From: an uncultured bacterium | GTDB lineage: Bacteria; Oederibacteriota; PGYV01; CAWJRG01 | Length of the DNA: 64,000 nucleotides | Direction: 5' to 3' | Assembly: GCA_963845185.1 (NCBI GenBank) | Contig: CAWJRG010000011.1 | Location: 64,001 to 128,000, forward strand | In this document: piece by piece, positions 9,257-18,805 of the stretch | How positions within the stretch are numbered: the stretch's first letter is position 1 | Layout: each line of letters opens with the position of its first letter | The notes under the pieces: model-generated | Told to the model about the DNA's origin: nothing | What the model saw: the letters and a program-made list of their open reading frames with translations, nothing else | The model's database searches: none | Made by a program: the position numbers and the translations under genes

Positions 9257-11410
9257 CTAAACTCTCCAGTTGTACATATCAAACTTCTCGTCCGGCAGTT
9301 GAATAGCCACGACGCCTTTTTCCGGTATTCTTTCCATTATTTCTCCGTTTTTATAAATAAAAACCTGGAATTTTATCTCGTTGCCTGCAGCGAGTTCTCC
9401 CATGCCGGCAAAAGGTATTCTTGCCTCAAAAATGTCTGCCGCTGCGAATTTTACGGTTTGTGCGTCCATATTCTTTGCCTCTATCCCGTTTTTGTCAATA
9501 AAAAATTTTATTTCGCCGGCCCTATCGCCGTCGATAAATTTAAGCTCTATCTCGAGTTTTTCCTTTGACGCGGCGATCCTGTCTGCCGCGTCAAGCCTGA
9601 CATAAAAATTTTCCAGGTTAAATCCGTAATAAAGGTATTCAAAAAACTTTCCCGCTTTATGCATCGCGCCGCCGTCTTTTGACAGGTCATAAACGCCCGC
9701 GCCTTTCCACTCATAATAATGCGTGCGGTTGCCGTCTATTTCAGGGTAAATAAACCTTGTCGGCTTTATCTCAAAAGTCGCTCCTGCTTTTGTTATAGGC
9801 ACAAAAAGATCATCCGGTATATCACGGCCTGTCATTTTATAGACATTCATGAGATGCAGCCTGTAAAGGTTGTCAAACTCAGCGTCATTTTTCGAGGAAT
9901 GGTCGTCGCCGTACCACCAGTTCCAGTCGCTGCCTTCGGCTATATATATTTCCTCCCATGCCTTTTTCATGGTTCCATTATCTGCGTTTTTATTGGCAAG
10001 TGCCCATGAATCCAGGTCTTCCCTTGTCTTTTTTAACAATTTCCATGCTTTCCTGTCGTCTGCATGCCCTATCCAGATGGCAAAATTATGGTCAATCCAT
10101 GAGCCTGGAAAAACTTTTGTAAGTTCCGGTTTAGCCTGAATTTTTTCAACAGCCTCTTTCATTGTCACGGTCTTGAAATCCGCGTTTACGGCAAGCTTTG
10201 AGTAAAGCGCGTTTAAAAAATCCTTCCCGTCGTTTGTGTAGGATTCCCATGAATTTTCCCCGTCAAGTATGATATTTGCCGCATAATCTCCTTCAGGAAG
10301 GGAATTTTTGATTTTATAAAGTTCGGCTATGAAATGGTCGGCGGCTTCTTTATAATTCCACGAAGGATAGGTGAATCCTATAAGGTCGGAAAGGTAATGG
10401 TTCCTGAAAAACATGTTTATTGTTCCGTTTTTTGACTTATAAACATAAGGCTTGTATATCGTGTCTTTTTTTCCGTTAACATCCGTACCTGAAAGCATAA
10501 GCGACTGAAAAAGTATTTCCTCGTCCGTCGCTATCCATTTGATATTGTATTTTGCGAATATATTTATCACATCCTCGCTCACCGAACCTTCGGCCGGCCA
10601 CATCCCGAAAGGTATTTCCCCGAATTTTTCCTTGAAATACGAAACTGCCATCTGCACCTGCGCTTCTGCGTCCTCGGGCTTTGAAAACTCCACGTCCAGG
10701 TCGAGTTCCGGCATGCATGTTTTTGCTATTTTTGTGTCGTAAACAAGCGGCAGTATTGGATGGTAAAAAGGCGTGGTCGATATTTCAATCTGTCCCCTGT
10801 TCTGCGCTTCTTTGTATTTGGGTATTATCATTTTCAGTATGTCAATATGCCTGGACAGAACAATGTTTTTTTCTTCCTCCGTGTAATTTTCTTCCTTTTC
10901 CTTTATTTGTTTCAGTTCCGGGAAGATTGCCAAAAAGTCCGTATCTATCCATGCCAGGTTAAACCATACCTGCAAATCCCGTATCTCCTGCTCGGTGAAT
11001 TTCATATGCGTTTTTTTCAGTTCATCCGGATGGGAATTTTCCCCTCTTTTTTTCAGCAGGAAAGAATACCGCCTGTACGGGTAAACCATGGTTTCCCAGT
11101 TTGCCATGAAAAAATTAAAAAGTACAAACACCCTTTCATCCTCGTTTAAATCCCCTGCCTTTTTACGGGACATGTCCAAAAATATGTCGGTTGTGCCGCT
11201 TATATATTCCTCAATCTGCAAAAGCAAAGAAGGCACAAGGTTAAAATTCTGCTTAATATCCGGGTACTTGTCAAGAATTGATACCATATCATAATAATCC
11301 TTGACGCCATGCAGCCGCACCCACGGCAGTATGAATTTATTTGTTTCAACATTTTTGTAATACGGCTGGTGCATGTGCCATAAAAACGTTATATTTAAGG
11401 GGCTTTGCAT
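9257..11410 (-). CDS. Glycoside hydrolase family 57 (amylopullulanase-like)
   Basis: WHMHQP, WPAEGSV (nucleophile Glu), LDGENSWE (acid/base Asp) and AEGSDWNWW motifs. Confidence 0.92.
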   Translation of the reverse strand: MQSPLNITFLWHMHQPYYKNVETNKFILPWVRLHGVKDYYDMVSILDKYPDIKQNFNLVPSLLLQIEEYISGTTDIFLDMSRKKAGDLNEDERVFVLFNFFMANWETMVYPYRRYSFLLKKRGENSHPDELKKTHMKFTEQEIRDLQVWFNLAWIDTDFLAIFPELKQIKEKEENYTEEEKNIVLSRHIDILKMIIPKYKEAQNRGQIEISTTPFYHPILPLVYDTKIAKTCMPELDLDVEFSKPEDAEAQVQMAVSYFKEKFGEIPFGMWPAEGSVSEDVINIFAKYNIKWIATDEEILFQSLMLSGTDVNGKKDTIYKPYVYKSKNGTINMFFRNHYLSDLIGFTYPSWNYKEAADHFIAELYKIKNSLPEGDYAANIILDGENSWESYTNDGKDFLNALYSKLAVNADFKTVTMKEAVEKIQAKPELTKVFPGSWIDHNFAIWIGHADDRKAWKLLKKTREDLDSWALANKNADNGTMKKAWEEIYIAEGSDWNWWYGDDHSSKNDAEFDNLYRLHLMNVYKMTGRDIPDDLFVPITKAGATFEIKPTRFIYPEIDGNRTHYYEWKGAGVYDLSKDGGAMHKAGKFFEYLYYGFNLENFYVRLDAADRIAASKEKLEIELKFIDGDRAGEIKFFIDKNGIEAKNMDAQTVKFAAADIFEARIPFAGMGELAAGNEIKFQVFIYKNGEIMERIPEKGVVAIQLPDEKFDMYNWRV

Positions 11411-11448
11411 TTGATTTACTCCGTTGTTTTTTGATGGCTTAAAATACG

Positions 11449-11589
11449 CCCCTTCCCCCTCGACGGGGGAAGGCCGGGATGCGGGTGATGTAGCGGCAAT
11501 ACCCGTGTGGTAATTGTCATCTTCTTCGCTGCAAAAGTTTTTACTGCTGCTTCACCCTCACCCTACCCTCTCCCGTCAAGGGAGAGGGA
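11449..11589. repeat. Inverted pair of CCCTCTCCC/GGGAGAGGG-type palindromic units
   Basis: CCTTCCCCC-TCGAC-GGGGGAAGGCCGGGATGCGGGTGA and the inverted partner TCACCCTCACCCTACCCTCTCCC-GTCAA-GGGAGAGGG. GC-rich, in an AT-rich spacer. Confidence 0.8.
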
Positions 11590-11637
11590 GTTACATAAAA
11601 AAAACTTCTCACACAAGATATTCAATAGAGAACCACT

Positions 11638-12807
11638 TTATATTTTCTTTTCAATCACGGATTTATAGGTATTTTCAACTTCGGTTACTATGTTTTCAAA
11701 GGAATGCTTCTGGATTTTTTCCAGGCTCCTTTTGCCCATTTTTTCCCTGAGCTTGTCGTCTTCAAGGATCCTTATGATTTTATCCCCGAGTTCCTCATAA
11801 TTTCCCGGAGTCATTAAAAAACCGTTGTCGTTTTCAGCCACAAGTTCCGGCAATGCTCCGCTGTTTGCGGCAATGCACGGCAATCCCGAACCCATTGCTT
11901 CCATTGTAACTATGCTCTGCAGCTCAGCTGTCGATGGGATGCAGAACACATGCGAGGCAGTATAAACGCTCGGAAACTCATTTTTCTGGAGAAAACCAAT
12001 ATAGGTCGTATTCGGAGCAAGACCGAGTTTTATCACCATATTCTGTATATTTTTCAGTTCCCGTCCGGCGCCTGCGAAAACCAGCTGGTAATCATGTCCC
12101 TTGTCCTTTGTGTACTTAAAAGCCTTTACAAGCACCGGCAGGCTCTTTTCCCCGCTTATCCTGCCCGTGTAAAGCACTACTTTCTTATTAGGCATCTGGT
12201 ACTTATCCGTTATTATTTTAGGGTCGTTGTTGGGGTTAAAAACCTTCAAATTAACCCCATTTGACATCGGCTTGTGTTTTGCGGTAAGCCCGTGGTCGGT
12301 TAAAAGGTTAACCGCTGTCTGCGTAGGCGAAGTTACAAAATCCAGCTTGTTGTAAAAAGCCACTATTGCTTTCCAGCCCAGATTCCTTAGAGGATAGTAT
12401 AAAAAGGCGAATTTGGCGACATGCATGAAAAAATTCTCGGGCATCAGGTGGTTTGTCCCCATTATAGGTATGCCCAGCTTCCTCGCGGCATTCAGGCACC
12501 CTATGCCTATTGAATAAGGATTGTGAACATGAATAATATCCGGCTTTAATTCCTCCAGTTTCTTTTTTATGGATTTCCCCGGAAAAACCGTTGCTTTGTA
12601 TTCCCTGAGTGTGGGAAATGTGATTGCCTTAAACCTGTATATTATGGTGCCGGTATCCTCCTGCTGGTAATCCTCAAACCTTTGCGCCGGGGCGAAAACC
12701 GATACAGTATGCCCGCGCCTCGCAAGCTCCATTGCCAGGTTATGCTCCATTACAGCGCCGCCGTCAACATTCGGCCAATACGATTCAGTACCTAATACAA
12801 TTTTCAT
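11638..12807 (-). CDS. Glycosyltransferase family 4 (glycolipid synthase-like)
   Basis: ESYWPNVDG, YTGRISGEK and ELQSIVTMEAM (EX7E) motifs. Start placed at MKIVLG after GGAGG; the track start is 12825. Confidence 0.9.
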   Translation of the reverse strand: MKIVLGTESYWPNVDGGAVMEHNLAMELARRGHTVSVFAPAQRFEDYQQEDTGTIIYRFKAITFPTLREYKATVFPGKSIKKKLEELKPDIIHVHNPYSIGIGCLNAARKLGIPIMGTNHLMPENFFMHVAKFAFLYYPLRNLGWKAIVAFYNKLDFVTSPTQTAVNLLTDHGLTAKHKPMSNGVNLKVFNPNNDPKIITDKYQMPNKKVVLYTGRISGEKSLPVLVKAFKYTKDKGHDYQLVFAGAGRELKNIQNMVIKLGLAPNTTYIGFLQKNEFPSVYTASHVFCIPSTAELQSIVTMEAMGSGLPCIAANSGALPELVAENDNGFLMTPGNYEELGDKIIRILEDDKLREKMGKRSLEKIQKHSFENIVTEVENTYKSVIEKKI

Positions 12808-12974
12808 CCTGTTATCAACCTCCATTTAAAATTTGTTAATAATAAGTTATTATAATATATTTAGTGCTTGTTTTTCAAGGATTTTTATGGGGTTAAAAAT
12901 ATAACCTGGATAAATTGAATCCCCCATAGTGCCAGTTGTTTTTTACGATTTTTTGGTGCTTAAGGCAATTATTT

Positions 12975-13442
12975 TTAATTTTCCTTGCCTTGCTGTCTCG
13001 GCAGGCTCGCAATTATAGTCCAGAACTCCTTTATTGATTTTATTGTAAATATAAACTTTTCATATTCAATGGGCTTTGTTATATAGCAATTGGCATGCAT
13101 TTTATATGTTTTATCTATATCTTCCTTATAATTGGATGAAGTCAGTATTATAACCGGTATGTGCCGGAGTTTTGTGGAGCTCTTTATTTCTTCCAGAATT
13201 TCATATCCGCTTTTTTTCGGAAGCCTTAAATCAAGAAGTATTATATCAGGCAAGGCCACGCTGCCGTACCTCCCCTTTTTATACAAAAACTCCAGCGCTT
13301 CTTCCCCGTCCCTGACCGTGTTTAAGTTATATTCCATACCGCCGATTTTCACTGCCTCCTCTATCAGGCGCATGTCAGCCAGGTTGTCTTCTATGAGCAG
13401 AATCTCCAGCTTAAATGGGTCCATTTGCATATCCTTGTTCAA
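12975..13442 (-). CDS. Single-domain response regulator (Rcp1-like)
   Basis: LLIEDN, LLDLRLPKKSG and ANCYITKP motifs. Exact start uncertain. Confidence 0.9.
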   Translation of the reverse strand: MNKDMQMDPFKLEILLIEDNLADMRLIEEAVKIGGMEYNLNTVRDGEEALEFLYKKGRYGSVALPDIILLDLRLPKKSGYEILEEIKSSTKLRHIPVIILTSSNYKEDIDKTYKMHANCYITKPIEYEKFIFTIKSIKEFWTIIASLPRQQGKEN

Positions 13443-13891
13443 TCCGGAAGTTTAACAACAGAAAGCCAGAAATCTTCCACGGCCTTAACGATTTTAATAA
13501 ACTCATTAATGTTTACAGGTTTTATTATGTAACAATTCGCGTTAAGGTCATAAGATTTTAATATGTCTTTTTCGGCGCGTGATGTGGAAAGGACCACTAC
13601 CGGTATGGATTTGAGCGCTTCGTCCACTTCTTCCTGTTTTAAGTCCATTAAGAACTCAAATCCATTCCTGCGCGGCATGTTCAGGTCAAGGACTATAAGG
13701 TCGGGCTGGGGTGCGTTTTTAAATTCGCCTTCCTTTTTCAGCACCTGCATTGCTTCAACCCCGTCGCTGGCAACAACAATATCATTTTTTATTCTGCCTT
13801 CCTTGAAAACTTCAAGTATCAGCCTGACGTCGGCAGGGTTGTCCTCGACAAGAAGTATCTGGATGAATTTTTTCCCCTTTTCTTCCTCCAT
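13439..13891 (-). CDS. Single-domain response regulator (Rcp1-like)
   Basis: LLVEDNPAD, VLDLNMPRRNG and ANCYIIKP motifs. Confidence 0.92.
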   Translation of the reverse strand: MEEEKGKKFIQILLVEDNPADVRLILEVFKEGRIKNDIVVASDGVEAMQVLKKEGEFKNAPQPDLIVLDLNMPRRNGFEFLMDLKQEEVDEALKSIPVVVLSTSRAEKDILKSYDLNANCYIIKPVNINEFIKIVKAVEDFWLSVVKLPD

Positions 13892-13971
13892 ATATTTTGC
13901 TCCTTATGCCTTATTTTTTAGGCCTTCCCGTATGCATTTCTATATAATGATACCACAAAATTCCTTTATTT

Positions 13972-16450
13972 TCAAGCTTTTGATTCGGCTATCTTATAAG
14001 GTATGGTAAAATAAAATATTGAGCCTTTGCCCGGCTCAGACTCAAACCATATGCGCCCACCGTGCTTTTCGACTATTTTTTTGCAAAGAACCAGCCCTAT
14101 TCCTGTGCCGGGATATTCGGTCCTCGTATGAAGCCGCTGGAAAATAACGAATATTTTATCCTTATATTTCATATCTATCCCTATTCCGTTGTCTTTTATT
14201 GAAAAAACCCATTCGTTTTTATCTTTTTCCGCTTTTATCTCTATTTCCGGCGGTTCTTTGCCCCTGAACTTAATGCTGTTGCCGATAAGATTCTGGAAAA
14301 CCTGACTCATCTGGACTTCATTTGCCGTTACTTCCGGTAATTTATCGTAAATAATTTTTGACTTGCTTTCCTCAATTGCAATTTTTAAATTATTAATCAC
14401 TCCTGATATAACATTATTAATGTCAATTTTATCCGGTTTCCCCACAACTGAATCGACTTTTGAGTAAGCAAGCAAATCGTCTATAAGCCCGGCCATCCTT
14501 TTTACGCCTTCCACGGCGAAATTGATGAAATCATCCGCGTCCTTGTCGAGTTTCCCCTTATACCTTTTTTCAATGAGCTGCACATAGCTTGTTACCATCC
14601 TGAGCGGTTCCTTTAAGTCATGCGAAGCTATCACGGCAAACCTTTCGAGTTCTTCGTTTGATTTCTGCAGCCTGCTCAAAAGGTTTCTCAGGTTTTCTTC
14701 AGCAACCTTCCTCTCTGTAATATCAGCAATAAATACATAATAATCTACAATTTTGCCGTTTTCAAATCTCGGGGAATACCTGCTGCTTATGCACCTTCTT
14801 GTATCGTCTCCCCTCACTATCCAGTATTCGAGATTTTTAGGAAGTACTTGTGTTTCGTCAATACTTTTTTTTATTTCATTTAAAACCCTTTCTTTTTCTT
14901 CGGGCGCAGCAATATCAATTTCCCTCATGTCTTTAATGTTTTCCAACGTATAACCCAAAATTTCAACTGCCCTTTCGCTTACATAATTAACCTTCTTATC
15001 CCCGATAATAATCAGGCCGTCTATCACATTATCAACTATCCTTTTGTAACGTTTCTCACTTTCTCTAATATCATTCTCCATTTCAACTCGCCTGGTAATG
15101 TCTCTTGTCAGCCACAAAAATCCCTTAAAATTACCATTATCATCCTTTAGTACCGTTACATTTGTTTCCCCTATAAAAATTTTGCCATTCTTTCGTAAAA
15201 GCCTGTACTGCAAATTATTTATAAATCCATTTCCTGAAATAATTTTCCTGATTTCATTTCTGTTTTTTCTGTCCTCAGGCACAACTAACTCTTCTATTTT
15301 TTTGCCTATTAGTTCGTCAGAATTCTCATATCCGTGAATTTCAACGGCTTTCGGCGAGGCAAATGTTATTTTTATATCCTCATCTGTCACCAGTACCGCG
15401 TCAGGCAGGGTCATGACAAGTTTCCTGTACATATTTTCCGAATTCTTAAGCGCTTCCTCTGACTTCTTTCGTTCGGTTATGTCCACTGCAAACCCGAAAC
15501 TGTATCCTTGGCCCTCAAATTCAAAATAATTTGCCGTAACTTCAACAGGGAAAAACGAGCCGTCCTTTCTCCTGTGTTCCGTGTACATGATGTGCGTGTG
15601 TTTTTCTTTTATGATATTAAATACTTCATCCCAATTTTTTGCCGCCATGCCGACATCCCCGATTTTTAATTTGAGCAACTCTTCCTTTGTGTATCCCAGC
15701 CTTTTACACTGGATATCATTCGTATAAATAATGTCACCTGCCTTATTAATAAGAAATATGCCTGCATTGGCTTTATCAACCGAAAATTGCATAAAATGCA
15801 GGTCTCTTTCGGTTCTTTTTCTGTCAGTGATATTCTCTTGCCGTAATGAGCAATACTCTTTTCCCCTTAAACTCGATAATATTAATATAAAATTCGAGGT
15901 TAAATGTGCTGCCGTCTTTTCTGGTAAGCACAGCCTCAAATTGCCTTTTATTTTCAATTAAAACTTCTTTTTTGAATGTATCTATGTCTTTATTAAGCGC
16001 AGTAACCGCAAGGTCGTCTGCCGGCATGCTTAATAATTCTTTCCTGGTGAGCCCAATCCATCTGCATGCTGTTTCATTTACTTCCAGGAACTTCGTTGGA
16101 ACACTTTCTGTGCCCAATTCGATAAGCATGATTGCCTCATTGGCATTTTCAAATAATTCCCTGTATTTTGTCTCGCTTTCGCTGAGCGCATCAAATGTCT
16201 TTTTTGTCCGGGCATTATTATTGCGGATAAGTGCATAAAGAAGGCATGCTGTAATAATAATAAAAGCCCATCCTTTAGCCATTGAAATTTTGGTGATTAC
16301 AGCAGGATCTTTTGTAATTAAAGTCAGAAGCGAATCTGAAAAGAATATCCATAAAATGCCCACAATAGCGTATATAAGGGTTATTTTGTAATGGGGCTGG
16401 GAAATTAAATCAGCGGTAATTTGTAAAAATTTTTTAAAGAATTTGTTCAT
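13972..16450 (-). pseudogene. Membrane-anchored multi-PAS sensor histidine kinase, split by a +1 frameshift
   Basis: Two TM helices plus PAS (ORF 15824-16513), then three PAS, HisKA SHDLKEPLR and HATPase (ORF 13972-15957). Removing one base at 15833-15834 restores ITARDITDRK and an 825-aa ORF. May be a sequencing error. Confidence 0.85.
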
Positions 16451-16585
16451 GTTGTGCCTTCTTCTCTGTATTCCGTCAAAATTTACCCAGGCACGTACTC
16501 TATTCGTATCCAATCGTATAATAATTATACCTTAGAATCCCCGGCTGGTAAAGGTCTTTCGTCAGGCCGTCAACTTGACAATTGT

Positions 16586-16993
16586 TTAAAAACTCTTCCC
16601 GTCCTTATTTTTAAATACTTTCTCCGCAATGAAAGGCACAAAAACTTCACCGTCATTTTCCACGGGCGAGCCGAGCTTTGCGTCTATGCCAATCTCGGTT
16701 TTTGCCCTCCAGCTTATGGAAACAGGATGCGCGAAATTTCCGCTGAACTTGTTCCTGATTTCCTTGACAATGTTAAATGGCAATATCCTCAAGAGTTCCT
16801 TGTACATATCCCCGGAAAAATCAATACTCGCTGTGTATATTTCGCCCTGAAATTCAATATCCGACGAGGTAGTAAACAGCTTATTATCCACCCATGCGAG
16901 GTTAAATATCCCAAAATTTAAAAAAATGTATTTTGCGTTTTCTCCCTGTTGTTTTAAAATATTCGACCCAAAATCCTGCTTTCCTTCTGCCAT
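16586..16993 (-). CDS. Hypothetical protein
   Basis: 135-aa ORF from MAEGKQ with AAGGGG upstream; no recognised motif. Confidence 0.6.
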   Translation of the reverse strand: MAEGKQDFGSNILKQQGENAKYIFLNFGIFNLAWVDNKLFTTSSDIEFQGEIYTASIDFSGDMYKELLRILPFNIVKEIRNKFSGNFAHPVSISWRAKTEIGIDAKLGSPVENDGEVFVPFIAEKVFKNKDGKSF

Positions 16994-17075
16994 TCCAGTG
17001 TTCCCCTTGATAATGTTTATTTTGTGAAGCTGCTGCTGCAATAAAACAGGAATATTATTGCAGGCAAGAGTTTTT

Positions 17076-17534
17076 TCATTTAACAGCCTCTTTTTCCATA
17101 TATACGCATCCGACCTCTCCCGGGATCAGCTCTTCCTTGAATTTTTTATAACCGAGTTTCTCATACAGATGGATATTCTTTGCGCTTTTATACCCGGTGA
17201 AAAGCTCAAACCGTATTATACGGGAAAAGGATTTTTCGATTTCATTCATAAGCTGCGTGCCCAACCCTTTATTCTGCATGCCAGGTTCCACCATGAGTTT
17301 GGCCACATAAACAGTTCCGTTTACTTCATGCGCCCTTACAGACCCAATTATCCTGCCGTCCTCAACCGCTTTCAATACAATGCATTTTTCAAAATCCCTT
17401 ACAGTCTCTTCGAGCGGCATTGTGAGCGGTTGTATCGTAAAATTATTATAGAATTCGGCCTCCTGCCTGTATGCCCTTTTTTGAAGCGCGAGTATCTCTT
17501 CAGCATCGTTTGTTTCAGCTCGTATAATCTTCAT
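17076..17534 (-). CDS. GNAT family N-acetyltransferase
   Basis: LMVEPGMQNKGLGTQL acetyl-CoA motif and NIHLYEKLGY. Confidence 0.92.
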   Translation of the reverse strand: MKIIRAETNDAEEILALQKRAYRQEAEFYNNFTIQPLTMPLEETVRDFEKCIVLKAVEDGRIIGSVRAHEVNGTVYVAKLMVEPGMQNKGLGTQLMNEIEKSFSRIIRFELFTGYKSAKNIHLYEKLGYKKFKEELIPGEVGCVYMEKEAVK

Positions 17535-18410
17535 GCCCGCTCCTTAACAAAAATGTCGACGGCCCTCCGGCCTGCCGTGATTCTTTCATCGTTAAAAAAG
17601 TTCTCCTCTATCCATACGGAAAATAGTCCTCTTCTTGTCGTTTCCCGATCCGATTCTTCCCATTGATTCATCGTGTATCCTGTTGAATGTATTATTTGAT
17701 ACAATGAGGAATTTGTACATGTCCCTGGCAATATCGATGCCGCTAACTTCCTTTATTTTTTTGTCTTTGCAGAATTCATAAAAATAATTAAGGCAGTTTT
17801 TGATTGTATCCTGCAATTCTTTCTGGTGAATATTCTCAAATTCTTCCTTGCCTTGTCCGGCAGAAAAGAACCCATGAAAACCATCGTTTTCCAGTTCTTT
17901 CTTTAGCTGCAGGACTACCAGTTCAACGTCATGAAATGTCAGGTAATTCCTGCATTCCTTGTAAAGCATGCTGTTTTTTTCCATCCTGGCCGGAATCAGT
18001 TTTGCGTAATTATCTACTGCCTGGAGAATTACGCACTTTGGTTCGAGCAGCGCCTTATCCGTTTTATACCACCCGGCCAAATCATTTTTAAAACTAAAGA
18101 GCGGGCTGTTTTCACTCCGCATTCTTCCGGTTTTTACAGTGGGTTTCCCGGCAGGCAATCCATTTAACCTTGAATATACAAATATGGCAAACATACTTAA
18201 AAGATATATAACAACCAGGCATATCACGAATAATATTGCGTAAAATATCATTCCCTGGTTATCAAGGGATATTTTAAATCCGGAAGATATCCTGGAAATA
18301 GACCAGATAAAGGCAAGAAAGAGCAATACCCAAGTTATTATTCCAATACCAGCAGGAATTAATCTTATTTTTCCTCTTAATATATTTTTTGAATTTGATT
18401 TTTTAGGCAT
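17531..18410 (-). CDS. Hypothetical two-TM membrane protein, probable frameshift near the 3' end
   Basis: ORF 17592-18410 has two hydrophobic helices. The +1 frame continues to a TGA that overlaps the GNAT ATG (ATGA at 17531-17534). Confidence 0.6.
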
Positions 18411-18480
18411 TTTCCCACTTTTCTGCTTTAAACCTGTCGACGGGTTTTATAAGGTTTTGCTTTGCCTTTTCTTTGTTCAT
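18403..18480 (-). CDS. Putative 25-aa small ORF or gene remnant
   Basis: GGAG RBS then MNKEKAKQNLIKPVDRFKAEKWENA*; overlaps the next start codon. Confidence 0.3.
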   Translation of the reverse strand: MNKEKAKQNLIKPVDRFKAEKWENA

Positions 18481-18805
18481 ATTACTCCGTTCACTATTCG
18501 GCATTCGAATACCAAATACTTATAAAATATACTCCTATAAGCAGTCTTATTCAAGATTATTTTGTTCCACCTCAGGATATACCCGGGGTTCTCGCGGAGT
18601 GGTATTAATGAATTACGAACATCGTGCCTGTTTTTAATATGTCTTTGGAACCTCATTTAATTATATAATAATGCACTCCCGGCGATATCGGGTTTCCGAA
18701 TGAATTTTTCCCCTTTCAATATACATCCAGTGTTTGCGTTGCCCCTACAATGACGGATCGACCGAATAAACGATATAATGGATGCCGTGAACTAGCAAAG
18801 CAGGA

